Positions 1 to 25,298 of a stretch of 64,000 nucleotides of DNA are shown piece after piece (the stretch's first letter is position 1; each line of letters starts with the position of its first letter). Below the pieces are notes generated by a model. It saw only the letters and a program-made list of their open reading frames with translations. It was not told the DNA's origin and did not search any database. Where the stretch lies: positions 590,328 to 654,327 of the forward strand of contig JAWQFM010000026.1 of assembly GCA_033442325.1 (NCBI GenBank), read 5' to 3'. Both the position numbers and the translations under genes were made by a program. The DNA comes from Salpingoeca rosetta (Eukaryota > Protista > Choanoflagellata).

Positions 1-807
1 TTGAGACTGTGAAGCCCAACAAAGGCAAAGGCAAGGGCGGGCTGCTGAGCCTAGCTGCCTCTTTCCTTGATGAGAATGTTGGCTTTGACGACTCAAAGGC
101 CGCCATGACCGAGGAGGGCGTTATCGAGGTATTTTTGGATGTGTGTACATGTGTGTGTGTGTGTGCACGTGTGTGTGAGTACACGTGTGTGTGTGTGTAC
201 ACGTGTGTGTGTGTGTGTGTCACTGTGTTTACACTTGTGTGTGTGTGTGTGTGCGTTGCCAAGCACAGCATCTCCTCCGGCACGTGCACGCAATGTGAGA
301 GACGCACACACTCAAGAGTCAACGGAATTTTGCACCTTTGCGTGTGTATGTGTGTGATTTGCGATCCGTCTCCAGGAGGTGCGCGAGCAGACAGATCTCC
401 TTCGTGAAACCACCCGCGATGCCTTTGACGAAATCAAGGTGTGTGTGTGTGTGTGTGTGTGTTGTGTTTTGTCGTGTTTGTTTGTTGGTTTTGTTGGTCG
501 CTGTTGTCGTCCGTGCATGGGAACGCGTTTACGCTCAGTGGCTTGCTTGTTTTGGTTCGCGTGCATTCTGTTGATGTTCATGATCCCCCAGTCGCCACCC
601 ATGTTGTCCACTCTCTTGCCCCGCCGCTCTCCTCCTGCCTTGTGCGTCTGTCTCATGCAAGCCGTCTAACCGTTTTTTTTTGTCCATGCGCACGTGACGA
701 ACCTATCATCGTCCTCTTTCCAGGAAGTACAAAGTCGCGCAGATGCCTCCACGCAAGCACTCAAGCTGCTTTCCAAACGCCTGCAGCAGCATGTTGACAA
801 CGCTTAG
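1..807 (+). CDS. 3' end of a multi-exon gene with a helical/coiled-coil C-terminus, product unknown (5' part outside window)
   Basis: In-frame exons <1-128, 376-438 and 724-807 joined by GT-AG introns give ...[14 protein letters not shown]|[21 protein letters not shown]|[27 protein letters not shown]. Confidence 0.7.
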
Positions 808-2641
808 ACACCCCCCACCCCCTCTCTCTCTGAAACGCGACCACAACAACCACAGCAACCGCAACCACGACATGTGTCGTTTCATTTCTCTGCTTCTGTT
901 GTTTCAAATCATTGTCCCTGCAAGCGCGTTGGTTGTTGCCCCACCAACATTGTTTGCACGCTGCTTCGTGATCCGCGTTTGATTGTTTGATTGAGGTCGC
1001 GCTTCCTTTCGTTGTTGTGTTTGTGTTGTTTGTTGTGGCTGTGTGACATGCCATACTTATCGTTGTTGTTGTTGTGGTGACAGATGCAACGTTTGCCAAT
1101 ATTACCGTCAAGTGACATCATGTTCTCGAGGCAACACTTTATGCTCGCGTGCAAGCACCGTCGATCACATCATCCCCCGCATCGATCGCATGTCATCACC
1201 CACCACGTGGCTGCGTTTGCATGGGTTGGGCGCGGTGCAAAACAAACACAAACAAACAAAAACCAATGATTCGATGCGGTTTTATGGGCCGTTTTGCATG
1301 CAGGCAAGAAATCTTTCGCCTTCTTTCGTTCGCCTTCTGTTTCTTTGCTGCTTCTCCTGTGCTGTGCTCTTGCTTGCTTGCTTGTGTTGCTTTCTCCTCT
1401 TTCAACAGCAAAAGAAGCCCCCCCTGCCTGCTTCGCGTGTTTTGTTCGATCTTTGCAATCCTCTTCTCTTTCTTTGCCTCACCCACACGCACCTTAGTCA
1501 CACATCACACATCAATCAAGCCAATATCGTCATCATCATCATCGAGCCATCCCACGTCATCCGCGCCGTCGACAACTTGCCGCTCATTTTGGCCTCACCA
1601 CCACCACCTCTGCCACCACACGGACCACGCGCTACCCACTGCAGAGAGCCTGCAGGCACGCGCCCAAACGAACAGGGAAGCTGGTTGCTGCCGCTGCTGC
1701 TGCTTCAATATCCTTGTTACTTTTTGCCTTTGTCGCATTCCACGGGTGCCGTCATCGCCAACCACCTTGAACGCGCGACGTCCAAGAGGTTCGTGCTGTT
1801 CGTGAACACGCTTGTCAACGACCCCTGCCGATGACGCCATCCAAGGAGGTCAAATTCTCGGAATTCGCGTGCTGGGTGCAGGACGTTGGGGACAAAGGAA
1901 GCTGAATGACATCCTCTGCCTTGCATGCCGATGTGTCAAGATATAGACTGTTGTTCTGCATGTCGTGTGACGAGCTCCCTCACCACTCCACCCTGCACCA
2001 TTTCCGCCCTTGCTTGCTTCCCTTCACCACAAACAACCATTTCAGGCCACCTCGACGAGCAACACACACCTGCTTTCCTTAGCCATACATCGCATCGCGC
2101 CTTCCTTCCATCAGCCTCACGCCTTCCAACCTTTTGCTTCCAACTCTCTGACACCCCTTGCCCCCCCCCTCCCTTGGTAAGTTGCATGGGCCATGCTGTC
2201 TGTCAACCGAGAACTACAACCCCACCAGATGAGCGCAACGTGTTGTTGCCCTCGTCGTCATCACACGCGCAGTGACGTGTGGCTGATGTTGCACTCATCT
2301 TTCTGCCAGATGGCGGGGGTGACCTTGTGTGCTACACCCCACCACTGCGTGCTTTTTGTGTGCGTTGGGGGAAGGTGGTGATGGTGGTGATGATGATGAC
2401 ATTGCTGCCTTTGTTTTGCCGTACATGTGTCGTCTGGCATCATCACCCCGTCTTTATTTTCCCCTACTTCCCCCCCCCCACACACACACACATCCACTCC
2501 CCTGTGCCACGAACAACACGCGCGTGTGACCACGTTTCACCCGCCATGCCTTCTTCTCCCCTCGCAAAACGAACACCAACCACAATACCACCACCAACAA
2601 CAACTACAACCCTGCCATTTTCAGTTTCCTCCTCTTTCAAT

Positions 2642-6015
<3,374 letters not shown>

Positions 6016-6666
6016 TGTTGTAGGAGTTCGTTGTTCCGTGCATTCATAGCGATTCAAGACTTGTTGATGGCAGTGCTTGGTTTGATGTCGTGTGATGTGG
6101 TGTGAACTGAAGGTGCTTCACGGTGTGAATTGCTGCTGCTGTGCTGTTCTGATTTGACAACATCGAATTCGATTAGAAACTACATCCCGCGAACAGCATG
6201 TGTGGTCCACTCTATTGTTCCTGGCGCATGCTGGGTAGTTGATCTTCTCTTTTCCGTACACTGGTGCCTTCTCTTTCTCCATTTTGACTCTCTTGAAGCT
6301 GTTGTGTACATGTGTGTACATGTGTGTGTGTGGCGTGTGTGTATCGTGCGTGTGTGTGCATGTGTGTGTGTGGCGTGTGTGTATCGTGTGTGTGTGTGTG
6401 TGTGGCGTGTGTGTGTGTGTGTGTGGCGTGTGTGTGTGTGTTGATATCGAGGATTGGCGTGACAGCGTGTATGGCTTGGTGTCTTTTATTTCTTGCGCGT
6501 TGCGTTGGCCCTCACTCGTTGTTGCTCATGGCGTAACGACATAGTACAACCAGAGAATGACACTGTGCGTGTAACAAGAGAATCCACGTGTAAACTAATG
6601 TGAACGGAACGAAAGACAGACGAAAGTACAGCACCCACCACTACTGCCACGGTTACGAGCACTGCT

Positions 6667-7154
6667 TCATTCCAGGAGGTGGTGCTGGTGCGCCTCAAGA
6701 CACGGCAGCGTCAGAAACGCATCCGAGCCAAACCCGTGCACCGATTTCACTGAAGGAGGGGGAGGGGAGAGGAGGTTGGGGTGCAAGGGGGTGATGAGCA
6801 AGGGCAGTGGTGCTGGGAAGAGCATTGGGGGCAAAACGCACACACATATACACACGCACGCACGTACACAGACACGCACTGAACACACGACACCGCCACA
6901 ACACAGCAAAATAACAACACGCGACAGAGCAGCACAATACGAACCATCTAGGTCGCCGTCGAGGAATTCTGCGTAGAGGCGGGACATGGGCAGGCCGACG
7001 CCAAGACCGCGCAGGGATTTAGCGGACGTGAGCGCCTCCAACCGCTGCTGAGTCATACGCATTTCGTGTGGATGGAACGAAAACGCCCACAGATGGTCCT
7101 CCTTGTCACGCGGGATGCCGCCGCCTGGTTGGTTGGTGGTGTGTTTTGTGTGTG

Positions 7155-7212
<58 letters not shown>

Positions 7213-7939
7213 GTGTGTGTTGTGTGTGTGTGTGTGCGTGTGTGTGTGTGTTGTGTGTGTGTGCGTGTGTGTGTGTGCGTGTGATCGGGGTGAATGATGG
7301 TGGCTTGGCAGTGACAGAAAGCAAGAGCGGAGCAATGCGGCCACAACAGCACAACAGCAGCAAAGCCTCACCCTCATCGGAGACGCGGATGGTGAAGAAG
7401 GACGTAACGTGCGACATTGTGATGCGCACAGGCGGCAAACTTGGCGCTGAAGCGAGCAGGAGAAGCAGTGGTGTGAAGGTTAAAGGCGGTGGTTGTCGTC
7501 GTGTAGACTCAGTGCCGTGGTGATAACACAGCGAGCGCTTGTCGAGTCAAGTCGAAGGCGACCATGTGGGCTGCATGAGACGGAAGTAAAAAGCAGCACA
7601 CACACACACACAAGACACACATGCCCATCTGTACCTTGTGCGTGTCTGCGTGCTGTTGCATCGAAAGCGTTCTTCAACACCTCAAGCAGACTGCAATCGA
7701 TGATATGGAATTACAAAGCAGAGAAGCAGGTTGCGAGGCGCGGTGTGCATGGGCCAGGACCAATGTTGAGGACACGATACTGACGCATGGGAGCAATGCG
7801 AAAGAATTCACCGTTGGCACACAAACATACGAACACAAACGCACACATACGAAAAGAAAAGAAAGGCATGCTCAGGGCACAATCGTTGTCGCGCAGAGAG
7901 TTGGTGTTGCATTCGCACACACACACACGCATACACACG

Positions 7940-7986
<47 letters not shown>

Positions 7987-8122
7987 GCTCACATGTACTC
8001 CAGGTGATGGCGGAACATGGCGATGTGGAAGTTAAAGTTTCCATCAAACACGACGGTGGGTGCACGGCCTGCACATGCACACGGGGTGAGTTTGCCAAAG
8101 TTTGGAAGTAAAACTGCACACA

Positions 8123-8188
<66 letters not shown>

Positions 8189-9784
8189 GTATTCAGCACT
8201 GCATCGCTGTGTGACTTTTGCGACACACGCACGCGCAACCTGGAAACCACAAAACAAGTACAAGGGAAAAGTTTGCAGCACCGTCAATGTTGATGTAGTG
8301 GAATCACACATCCGTGCGCATGCAAAGCAAGTTGTGTATGTGTGTGTGTGTGTGTGCGTGTGTGTGCGTGTGTGTTCATTGCTTCACCTCGTGTGGATTG
8401 ACTTGCAGGTCGATGATGCCGGCGTGATTTGGCTTCTTCTCAACCAGTGCCTGCACAATACGAAACCAGTGCACATATCAGCCCTCTTCATTGTTCGTGT
8501 GTGTATACGTGTGTGTGTCTGTGCGCATGTGTGTGTGTGTGCATGTGTGTGTGTGTCTGTGTGTATGTGTGTGTACGTGTGTGTGCATGTGTGTGTGTGT
8601 GCGTGTGTGTGTGTGTCCGCACGTACGAGGTGGTGCTCGAGGAGGAGACGAATGGTGATGCGCGATCGAATCAAATCCCGCATGAACCTGAATCCGACCG
8701 GCCAGAACAACACAAAGTCATGATGATCAGAGGGAGGGGGCGGAGACAGCAGCAACATGTGTTTGTGGGCGATTGTACCAGACACAACACATGCACATGC
8801 ACACACACGCACACACGCACATACACACACAGACAGACACTGACAACTACAACGGATTGCCATACGTGCTTGCGTGCTGCGCATCAATGAGATCGGCGTC
8901 CACGGATTCTGCGAGACCGCGAGCAACTACGCGCGCAACCTGAAGGTGCGGCTCAACAAGCTGGTGACATGGTGATGGTGGTGATGGTGGTTATGGTTGG
9001 TGGTGGTAGCGGCAAAGTGAGGGACGAGGAGCAATACACATGCTGACTTGACGCGCACGTACACACACACACACACATACACGCACACACACACGCACAC
9101 GAACACGCACACACGAACACACATCAGCGTGCTTGTCTCACCGAGCGAAGAAAGTCCGTGTATTTGCTGGAAAAGTTGGGCTTGAGTACTTTCTGCACAC
9201 ATACGCATTCCGCATGAACGATACAGCGAAGCAGTGTCAGTGGTGGCTCAGCACGTGAATACTTTAACACATATGCATACACGCACGCATAAACACACAG
9301 ACTGTTGTGTGTCCTAGTTTCCCTTCTGCAAGTGAAGCCAGCGGTGCCTGCAAGCAAGCTAGTTGTATTGCCCACCTTGCGCATCATGAAGAGGTTGTGA
9401 AATGCGTCGTAGTATTGGATGTGCTGTGAAGAGCAACAGCAACAACAACAAGGGGCAGTGGTGACAAGTTTGAGTGTGTGTGAGTGTGAGTGTGTGAGTG
9501 TGTCGTTGGGTGAGTGAATGTGAGTGTGAGTGTGTGAGTGTGTGAGTGTGTGAGTGTGTGAGTGAGTGGGCACGACACACTCGCTCTGTCGGGAAGGCAA
9601 CCCGCACGGTCTCGGCAACACCACGTACCACGTGCTTGATGTAGGGATTGCTCCCAACAATGAACGGTAACTGCAGCGTGAGCAAGTTGAGAAGATGAGT
9701 GGGAGAACTACAACACACGGGCTGAAGTGCCGGATTGGAGAGTGCACAGACAGACGCATATGTTCGAACGTTCAAACGCACACA

Positions 9785-9823
<39 letters not shown>

Positions 9824-10478
9824 CAGTACCTGTTGAAACTGCAGCAGCCTCTGTGCAATGCGAGGAAGGAGTTGCTGTTCCAATGACAAGAGAAGCAGGT
9901 ACACCGACCAATGTGAGAGATGGTGCGATGTAAGTGAACACAAACAAAGCCGAGTTCACCCCAGATGGCCCACATGTGAAAGCCTGCCGCACAGTAAGCA
10001 CCAGTGTCAAACTCACCGCACTCAGCAGCTTGGCACTCTCCTATTTGAGCAAGGCAGGGGGAGAACGGTATGTGTGCAATGTGAACACCGCGCAGGTTGG
10101 CGCGAGGCAAGGGAGCACGAAACGTCGTGTGCAGCAGGCAGCGCAAATGAAGCAGTGCACACACTAGCACAGCGGCAAGCGCAAGGTGGTGCTGGTGGTG
10201 GTGGTGGTGGTGATGGGGGTGGTGCTGGTGGTGGCGTGAGCATACGGCACATGACAGCAAATGGAAACGCACATGCGGTGGGTCCTCCTTTTCGGCGAGC
10301 TGCCACAAGTGGTTCACTGATAGTGCGTGGGTGGGCTGCGCCAGCAAGGCGAGATGATTGTGTGTGCGTGCGTGCGTGTGTTAGTGTGTGTGTGTGTTAG
10401 TGTGTGTGTGTGTGTATGTGTGTGTGTGTGTGTGCGTGTGCGTGTGTGTGTTGATCTCAATTCTGCGCACGCCACATG

Positions 10479-10540
<62 letters not shown>

Positions 10541-10875
10541 CACACCAGCATAAGATTGTTGTATATTACAGTGTCTATAGACTAAGACCTGGAAACCACA
10601 AAACAAGTACAAGGGAAAAGTTTGCAGCACCGTCAATGTTGATGTAGTGGAATCACACATCCGTGCGCATGCAAAGCAAGTTGTGTATGTGTGTGTGTGT
10701 GTGTGCGTGTGTGTGCGTGTGTGTTCATNNNNNNNNNNNNNNNNNNNNNNNNNNNNNNNNNNNNNNNNNNNNNNNNNNNNNNNNNNNNNNNNNNNNNNNN
10801 NNNNNNNNNNNNNNNNNNNNNNNNNNNNAAAAAAAAAAAAAAGTTAATTTTTTGAAAAAAAAAAAGAGGCCCAGC

Positions 10876-10917
<42 letters not shown>

Positions 10918-11327
10918 CATATTCATACACGCACACACACACGACACATACATACACACGACACATACATACACGCTCCCCATGCAAACAGACAGACCTT
11001 GCGGGCCATGTCTCTGATATTGCGGTTGTAGAAGGAGAGCTCCTTCGGGGCGTCAGTGTCCTTGTCGGACGTCTGGATGCGAGGCATCGGTGGTGCATGT
11101 GCGGCAGCGGCCGCCAGCTTCGCCGACTCTGAATGTGGGCTCATCGTCATTGGTCTCCTCGCTTGCAACCACCAAGCCCACGGCTGCCCGCGTGCTCGGT
11201 GTTGGCCATGTCCTTTCCTCACAACAGACAAGGCATGCACACAAGCGCACCCGTGCGCATGGGGCATTGTTGCAACAGCGCCCGCAACCCTGCGTGTGGC
11301 AGCGTGCATCCTGCCACCACACCACAT
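6667..11327 (-). CDS. Mitochondrial alpha-ketoacid dehydrogenase kinase (BCKDK/PDK family, GHKL ATPase fold), BCKDK-like
   Basis: Exon peptides: [49 protein letters not shown] (N box), FTIRVSDEG (G1 box), [20 protein letters not shown] (G2 box), [17 protein letters not shown]-terminus is basic and presequence-like. The gene spans gap 10729-10828, so one or more exons may be missing. Confidence 0.88.
8238..8379. repeat. 142-bp segment duplicated at 10587-10728
   Basis: acctggaaaccacaaaacaagtacaaggg...gtgtgttcat occurs twice. The second copy ends exactly at the N gap. Confidence 0.9.
10729..10828. other. Assembly gap (100 N)
   Basis: Run of N. Confidence 1.
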
Positions 11328-11602
11328 CTCTCTTCTTGCTCCTTTGCTGTTTGTTTGGGTTGTTGATGTTGTGCTGACTGTGTGTCAGCAAACGAAATAA
11401 GTGTCGTGTGACATTGATTGATTTGATGACAGTGATGATGGGTGGTGGTGGTGGTGATGATGACGGTTGATGGTGGCGACAGAAGCACGCATTGACTGAT
11501 CCCCACCCCATCACATCACGTCACTTCATGCCATCACCCCATCCATCAACTCCATCCCATCCTAGGCCACGCTTTTATCATGCTTTTGTCTTGATGTTGT
11601 TG

Positions 11603-12889
<1,287 letters not shown>

Positions 12890-13421
12890 GATAGAGATGG
12901 AGCTGTGGATGTGATGTGGGCGACGCTTGTGCTGTGTGGTTGATGATGATGACGACGATGATGATGATGATGTGGGTGTGCGGTGCGACTGCTGATCACT
13001 GCAAAAAAATTTGATGTCAGCCGTTCAGAGCGTGCATTGAACCTGTGCGTTGAGAATTCAAAAAATCAGGGGGAACCCACACTCACTCGCGGCTGGCAAA
13101 GACCAAAGACTGACAACTGTGCAAACAGAGCAGAGCAAGCGGTGCGAAGGTGAGGATGGAGTGTGTGCATGTGTATGTGTGTGTGTGTGTGTGTATGAGT
13201 GTGTGTGTGTGTGAGTGTATATGTGTGAGGAGACGAACCGTGCCTTGCAGTTCGCTGTTGCGTGCGGTGGGTATCGTTGACGTTTGGTTTGAAGGCACAC
13301 TTCCCTCATTGCAACCAGCTGTTTTGTAGCCATCCATCTATTCACACCAACCTCACATCACATCCCCTGAAACTGCCAACGCAGCGAACACCAACCAAGC
13401 AGCCAGTTCACCTCAGCCAAC

Positions 13422-20380
<6,959 letters not shown>

Positions 20381-20658
20381 TCCCAGCATGCATCCGTCTT
20401 TGCGTTCCATGTGTGGTTATGCATGGGTCACAGCTCTTTGCACGCGTGGTGTGTTATTCATTTGTGTGTTGTCGTGCGGTGTGTGGTCTGTAGCCCGGCT
20501 CGCCATGCTCTCTCTCTCTCTCTCTTGTCGTTCGTTGTTGTTCCAAGAAGTGTCGTGTTCCGGTTCACTCGCGGTGCAGTTCTTGTTGCTGCAGTCACAC
20601 GAACAACAATGAAGCCCAGCCACACAGCTATGTCACATCACATCAACATCACGTGTGG

Positions 20659-20708
<50 letters not shown>

Positions 20709-20729
20709 AACCACACAAAACTCATTTTG

Positions 20730-21653
20730 ATGATGATGAGGCGTGGTGGAACAGCAACAACAAAGACCTTCATGGCGATGGCTGTGGCTGCAGTGGGCGT
20801 GCTGCTCGCTGGCATGCTCGTTGCTGTTGGGGTGCAGGGGATTGAGTGCGACAAGAATGAAACGGCGTGCAACCTAACGACGCAGTTCTTTAACCAAAGC
20901 GAGTGCATGTGCCAGAATCTGACAGTGTGCGTTGGGTTTAAGGTGGAGGAAGCAGTAGCAGCTTCCCCAACAGCCAATCGCACGTGCGTGACGCCAAAGA
21001 CTGTGGAGTGCGTGATCCAGCACAACGTACGCGACGTGGCGCTGGCACTGGGCGTGTCCGAGCGAGTGCCTATCACGGTGAAAGGCCGCGTGGTTGACGA
21101 GAGCAGGGTGATGCTCCGAAAGGAGCGCGACGCCATCTTCTTGGAATACCGCCACACAGACGAGGCATGGTACCTGCTGAAGCACGACGATAAAGAAAAG
21201 CTCGTGCTGATGTGGAAGGGCGAGAGCACGACGCCCACGGACACTTCCGAGGCCGAGATCTTGTTCATCGACCAGCTGCTGACACCGCCCATCCTGCTTG
21301 ATACGCAAACGCCCCAACCGTCAGTCAGCGTGCGGTGCTGGGCCCCTAGCCGGGCCTCCGAGCTCAAAGGCAACAGCCTCGCTTGGGCCCTCATCATCCC
21401 CACCATCCTCGGCGCGCTTGCGCTGCTTGTTGCCGGATACTTCCTGCATCTGGAGGAGTGGCACTTGTCGCCGAGCGGCATTCGCGACGTCGCCGACTAT
21501 GCAAAGATGCTGGAGGAGGAGGAGGAGGAGGAGGCTTTTGAGAATGACGACGATGACGACTTTGCACAAGACGTCGCATATGCGCAGCCTTGGGATGGCA
21601 ACGGTGGTGATCGCGACAAGGACGCTTCAGAGGAGACTCTCACCACCGCATAG
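20730..21653 (+). CDS. Intronless single-pass type I membrane protein of unknown family
   Basis: Signal peptide (MAMAVAAVGVLLAGMLVAVGVQG), Cys-rich ectodomain with N-x-S/T sites (NET, NLT, NQS, NRT), TM LAWALIIPTILGALALLVAGYFL, acidic cytoplasmic tail, coding-like codon usage. Confidence 0.8.
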   Translation: MMMRRGGTATTKTFMAMAVAAVGVLLAGMLVAVGVQGIECDKNETACNLTTQFFNQSECMCQNLTVCVGFKVEEAVAASPTANRTCVTPKTVECVIQHNVRDVALALGVSERVPITVKGRVVDESRVMLRKERDAIFLEYRHTDEAWYLLKHDDKEKLVLMWKGESTTPTDTSEAEILFIDQLLTPPILLDTQTPQPSVSVRCWAPSRASELKGNSLAWALIIPTILGALALLVAGYFLHLEEWHLSPSGIRDVADYAKMLEEEEEEEAFENDDDDDFAQDVAYAQPWDGNGGDRDKDASEETLTTA

Positions 21654-21665
21654 GCCTTGCTTCGC

Positions 21666-21700
<35 letters not shown>

Positions 21701-21711
21701 TGTGTGTCTGT

Positions 21712-21766
<55 letters not shown>

Positions 21767-22178
21767 TGCGCCTGTGTATCTCTGTGCGTCTGCTGTGTCT
21801 CTCTGTGTCTCTCTGTCTGTTGTGTACGATTCACATGTGTGTGGGAGTGGGCATCTGCATGTGTCACATGTACTTGTGCCTCTGTGCGACTGGGTGTCGT
21901 CTGCTTGTTCGCTTATCCCCATGTGCGCGTGTGCCTCCAACACACACCAGCCCATCTTGCAACTGCCACCCCTTATTCTGCCTCCCTGCTCGCTATTTCT
22001 CTGCACAGTTTGTACTCCCCCCCCCCACGTCTTGTTGCGTGCACCATGCAACTCTTCTCGCGTGTCTCCTGTCGTGTATTAATCGCATCAGTTAATGAAT
22101 CAAATGCACCAGCCGAGCCAATACGATAGTGGGAACAACAGCGTCCACGAGTCGATAACACAGAAACACCTTGTGTGT

Positions 22179-22235
<57 letters not shown>

Positions 22236-22293
22236 GGGCACATGCTGATGCTTTAAGCATAACCGGGCTCCAGCCTGCGGGCGCAAGTCACTG

Positions 22294-22865
22294 TCATTCA
22301 TTCAAGCCCTTTCCGCCATTACTGCCACTGCGACCATCATAATCACCGTCGCTATCATCACCAGCATCATCGCTGTCATTGCCACCATCATCACCACTGC
22401 TATGATCATCATCACCATCACCATCACCATCACCACCATCACCACTGCTATTATCACCATCGTCGCCGGCTACATACTCAAGGACTGCATCCAAGGTCGC
22501 ACACACAACGCCCTTGTCTCTGTCCTCGTGGCTCATTTCAATGTACTTCATGAGATTTGTCGCAACACCTATCAATAACACAAAAGAAAGAATGGTGGGC
22601 GGGGCGGGGCCAATGTCGATGTGTGTGTGTGTGTGAGTGAGAGAGAGAGAGAGAGTGTGTGTGTGTGTGTGTGTTGTGTGTGTGTGTGTGTGAACGTGTG
22701 TGGGTATGTGTTTGTGAACGTGTGTGTATGTGTGTGTGAGGGTGCGCCACGATGATTGCACGCAGTGGTGATGCGATCGCACGTCGCATAGCCTTACTTT
22801 GCACACAATTCACATAAACACACACAGGTGAACACACAAGCAGACATGCTCAAACACTCACTCAT

Positions 22866-22937
<72 letters not shown>

Positions 22938-23471
22938 ATCGCGCACACGCACGCATCCCACAAACGAACACGTACCGTTGCGCTGGATTGGTGGGTATGG
23001 TGGAGGCGCTGCAATGTAGTCTCCATCGCGCAGCATGTGGGAACGATCTGAGGAGAAATGGGCGAGGAAGTCGTCTCTCTTCACGACCCGGAACATCGGG
23101 TGCAGGCGTGGCGGAAGCCAATCGGTCAGGAACGCCTTGTGCCAGTACTCCTCAATTGGGCAGGGAAAAGGAAGCGTTGTGTCGAGGTCAAAGACGCTTG
23201 GCTGACCCGTCTGTGGGTCTGGTCCAATGGCGACCACGTGGTAGTCCCACACCACCAAGCCAAGCTCGTCCTGCGATGCCGCCTGGCACGCCACTGCCAC
23301 TGTCTTGTTTGGGTTGGAGATGAAGCAGGCCGCCCAGCTTACGGCTGCCGCCGCGTTACAAGCGTTGTAAGCGTCACCAGCGGATATCCTTGGCGCCTCA
23401 TCATGCAACAGCTTCCACACGTTCTCCTCGCAATAACATCGCGTGTACGTCAGCCCCTCCCTGTCCACCAT
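22294..23471 (-). CDS. NTAQ1: Protein N-terminal glutamine amidohydrolase (N-degron pathway)
   Basis: [13 protein letters not shown] (catalytic Cys), [35 protein letters not shown]. One intron after 22976; exon 2 reads [12 protein letters not shown]...*. Confidence 0.95.
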
Positions 23472-23745
23472 TGTCACCTGCCAATCAATGTGCAGCACGA
23501 AGGAGAGGGAGAGCTCAGAAGAACGGTGTGCTAAACACAAGCTGCGGTTGTGTGCCTTGAATTGCCGAAGATTGTGGCGAGATATTCACTATTCTTCCGA
23601 ACTTTAAGCGAGCGACCACGACAACCACCGTGCTTGAGTTGTTCTTCTCGTTCTTCTTCTTCTCGTTCTTCTCGTTTGTGTCTCTGCTCCTTGTTATTCT
23701 TTCTGTTGTTGTGATTCCTGACTACAGAATCTCAAACAGACAGCC

Positions 23746-24644
23746 ATGTCGGACCTCCGGGCCAACGCCAACCGCTCCAAGGCGTACATTCGCCAGCGTG
23801 AGATGGCTGACATGGAGATGGAGCGGAAACGGAAGAAGATCCAAGAGCAGTCAGAAAGGAACGCCAACATTGCCGCAAAGGTTCTTGACGCATGGCCTCC
23901 CCTCATCTGCGTGCATGTGTGTGTATATGTGTATGTGCGTGGACATGTGTATATGTGTGTGTGTGTGTGTACATACGTGCGTTCGTGTGCTGATGTGTGA
24001 TTGTGTGATTGTGTTCTTGCTGCTCACCGCCTTCTCACCCGTTCAATGAGGTGTGCTTCGTTTGGTTAGTTTGCGTCCGAGAATGAAAGCGTGGAAGCGC
24101 AGATTCGAGCCAAGACATATGGTCTGGTCACCCTAGAGCAGATGAAAGCTGCTGCAAAGGCTGCCGAGGAGGAGCGCTCCCGCAAAGTGGTACGTGCCTG
24201 CATGTGTGCTTGCGTACGCATGTGTGTGTGTGTGTGTGTGTGGTTGTGTGGGTAGATATGTGTGCTTGCATACACATGTGTGTGTGTGAGAGAGCACGGT
24301 TGAAGCTCAAGCATCAACTCACAAACACCCGACAAACGCTCAACAATGGCTTCCTCCACCATCACAGGCGGAAGCTGAAAAGGCACAAAAGGCAAAGAAG
24401 AAGAAGAAAAACCGCAAAATGGCCAAGGCAAGTCGTGGCGGCAACAGCCACGCGAGGCAGGGTGTATGTGTGTGCGTGTGTGTGTATGTGTGTGTGTGTG
24501 TGTTGTATTGTCATCTTTGCGTTTATGGATCGTGTTCTCAAGCACTTCTGTTTCTGTTCTGACAGGTTGCTCTTTCATTTGATCTCGAGGAGGAAGGCGA
24601 CACAGATGGTGAGTGAAACAACGTCCTGCACTGTGTGCATATCT

Positions 24645-24718
<74 letters not shown>

Positions 24719-25231
24719 CAGGGGGGGGTTATGCTCACTGGTTCATGTTCTGCCCAGATTAATCGCACCTTGCCCACCGCAAGTACTCATATCACACACC
24801 CTGTCCATTGTGATGCAGATGTGCTTGAGAAGGTCAAGTCAAAGGCAGGCAACAACATCAAGCGTCTTGGGAAGAACCCAGAGGTGCGTGAGGGCAGGGG
24901 TGGGGATGGATGCTGTGCCTTTGGAGGAAGATACATGTTGGATTTGATGTGCTCAAGCTGTCGCCCCAACAACAGTCAATGCACACATGCGCGTGTGTGC
25001 ATGTGGACGCACACATCACACACATACAAACACACTCACATACAAACACTCATACACTTACACGTGCAGGTTGACACGTCATTTATCCCGGATGTTGAGC
25101 GGGAGGAGGAGTTGCGTAAGAAGCGAGAGGAATTGCGCAAGGAGTGGCTGGAGAAGCAGGCTGCCCTCAAGAACGAGCCAGCAGAGATTGTCTACTCGTA
25201 CTGGGACGGCTCTGGTCACCGGTACGCGCGC

Positions 25232-25298
<67 letters not shown>

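Noticed and set aside
1043-1834. 263-aa ORF upstream of the bZIP gene
   Set aside because: It starts at GTG, has low-complexity UTR-like composition and no recognisable motifs; better explained as intergenic or leader sequence.
10587-10728. Exact 142-bp duplicate of 8238-8379 considered as a mobile element or exon duplication
   Set aside because: The copy ends exactly at an N gap and follows atypical AT-rich sequence. It has no terminal repeats or target-site duplication, so it is most likely an assembly artefact.
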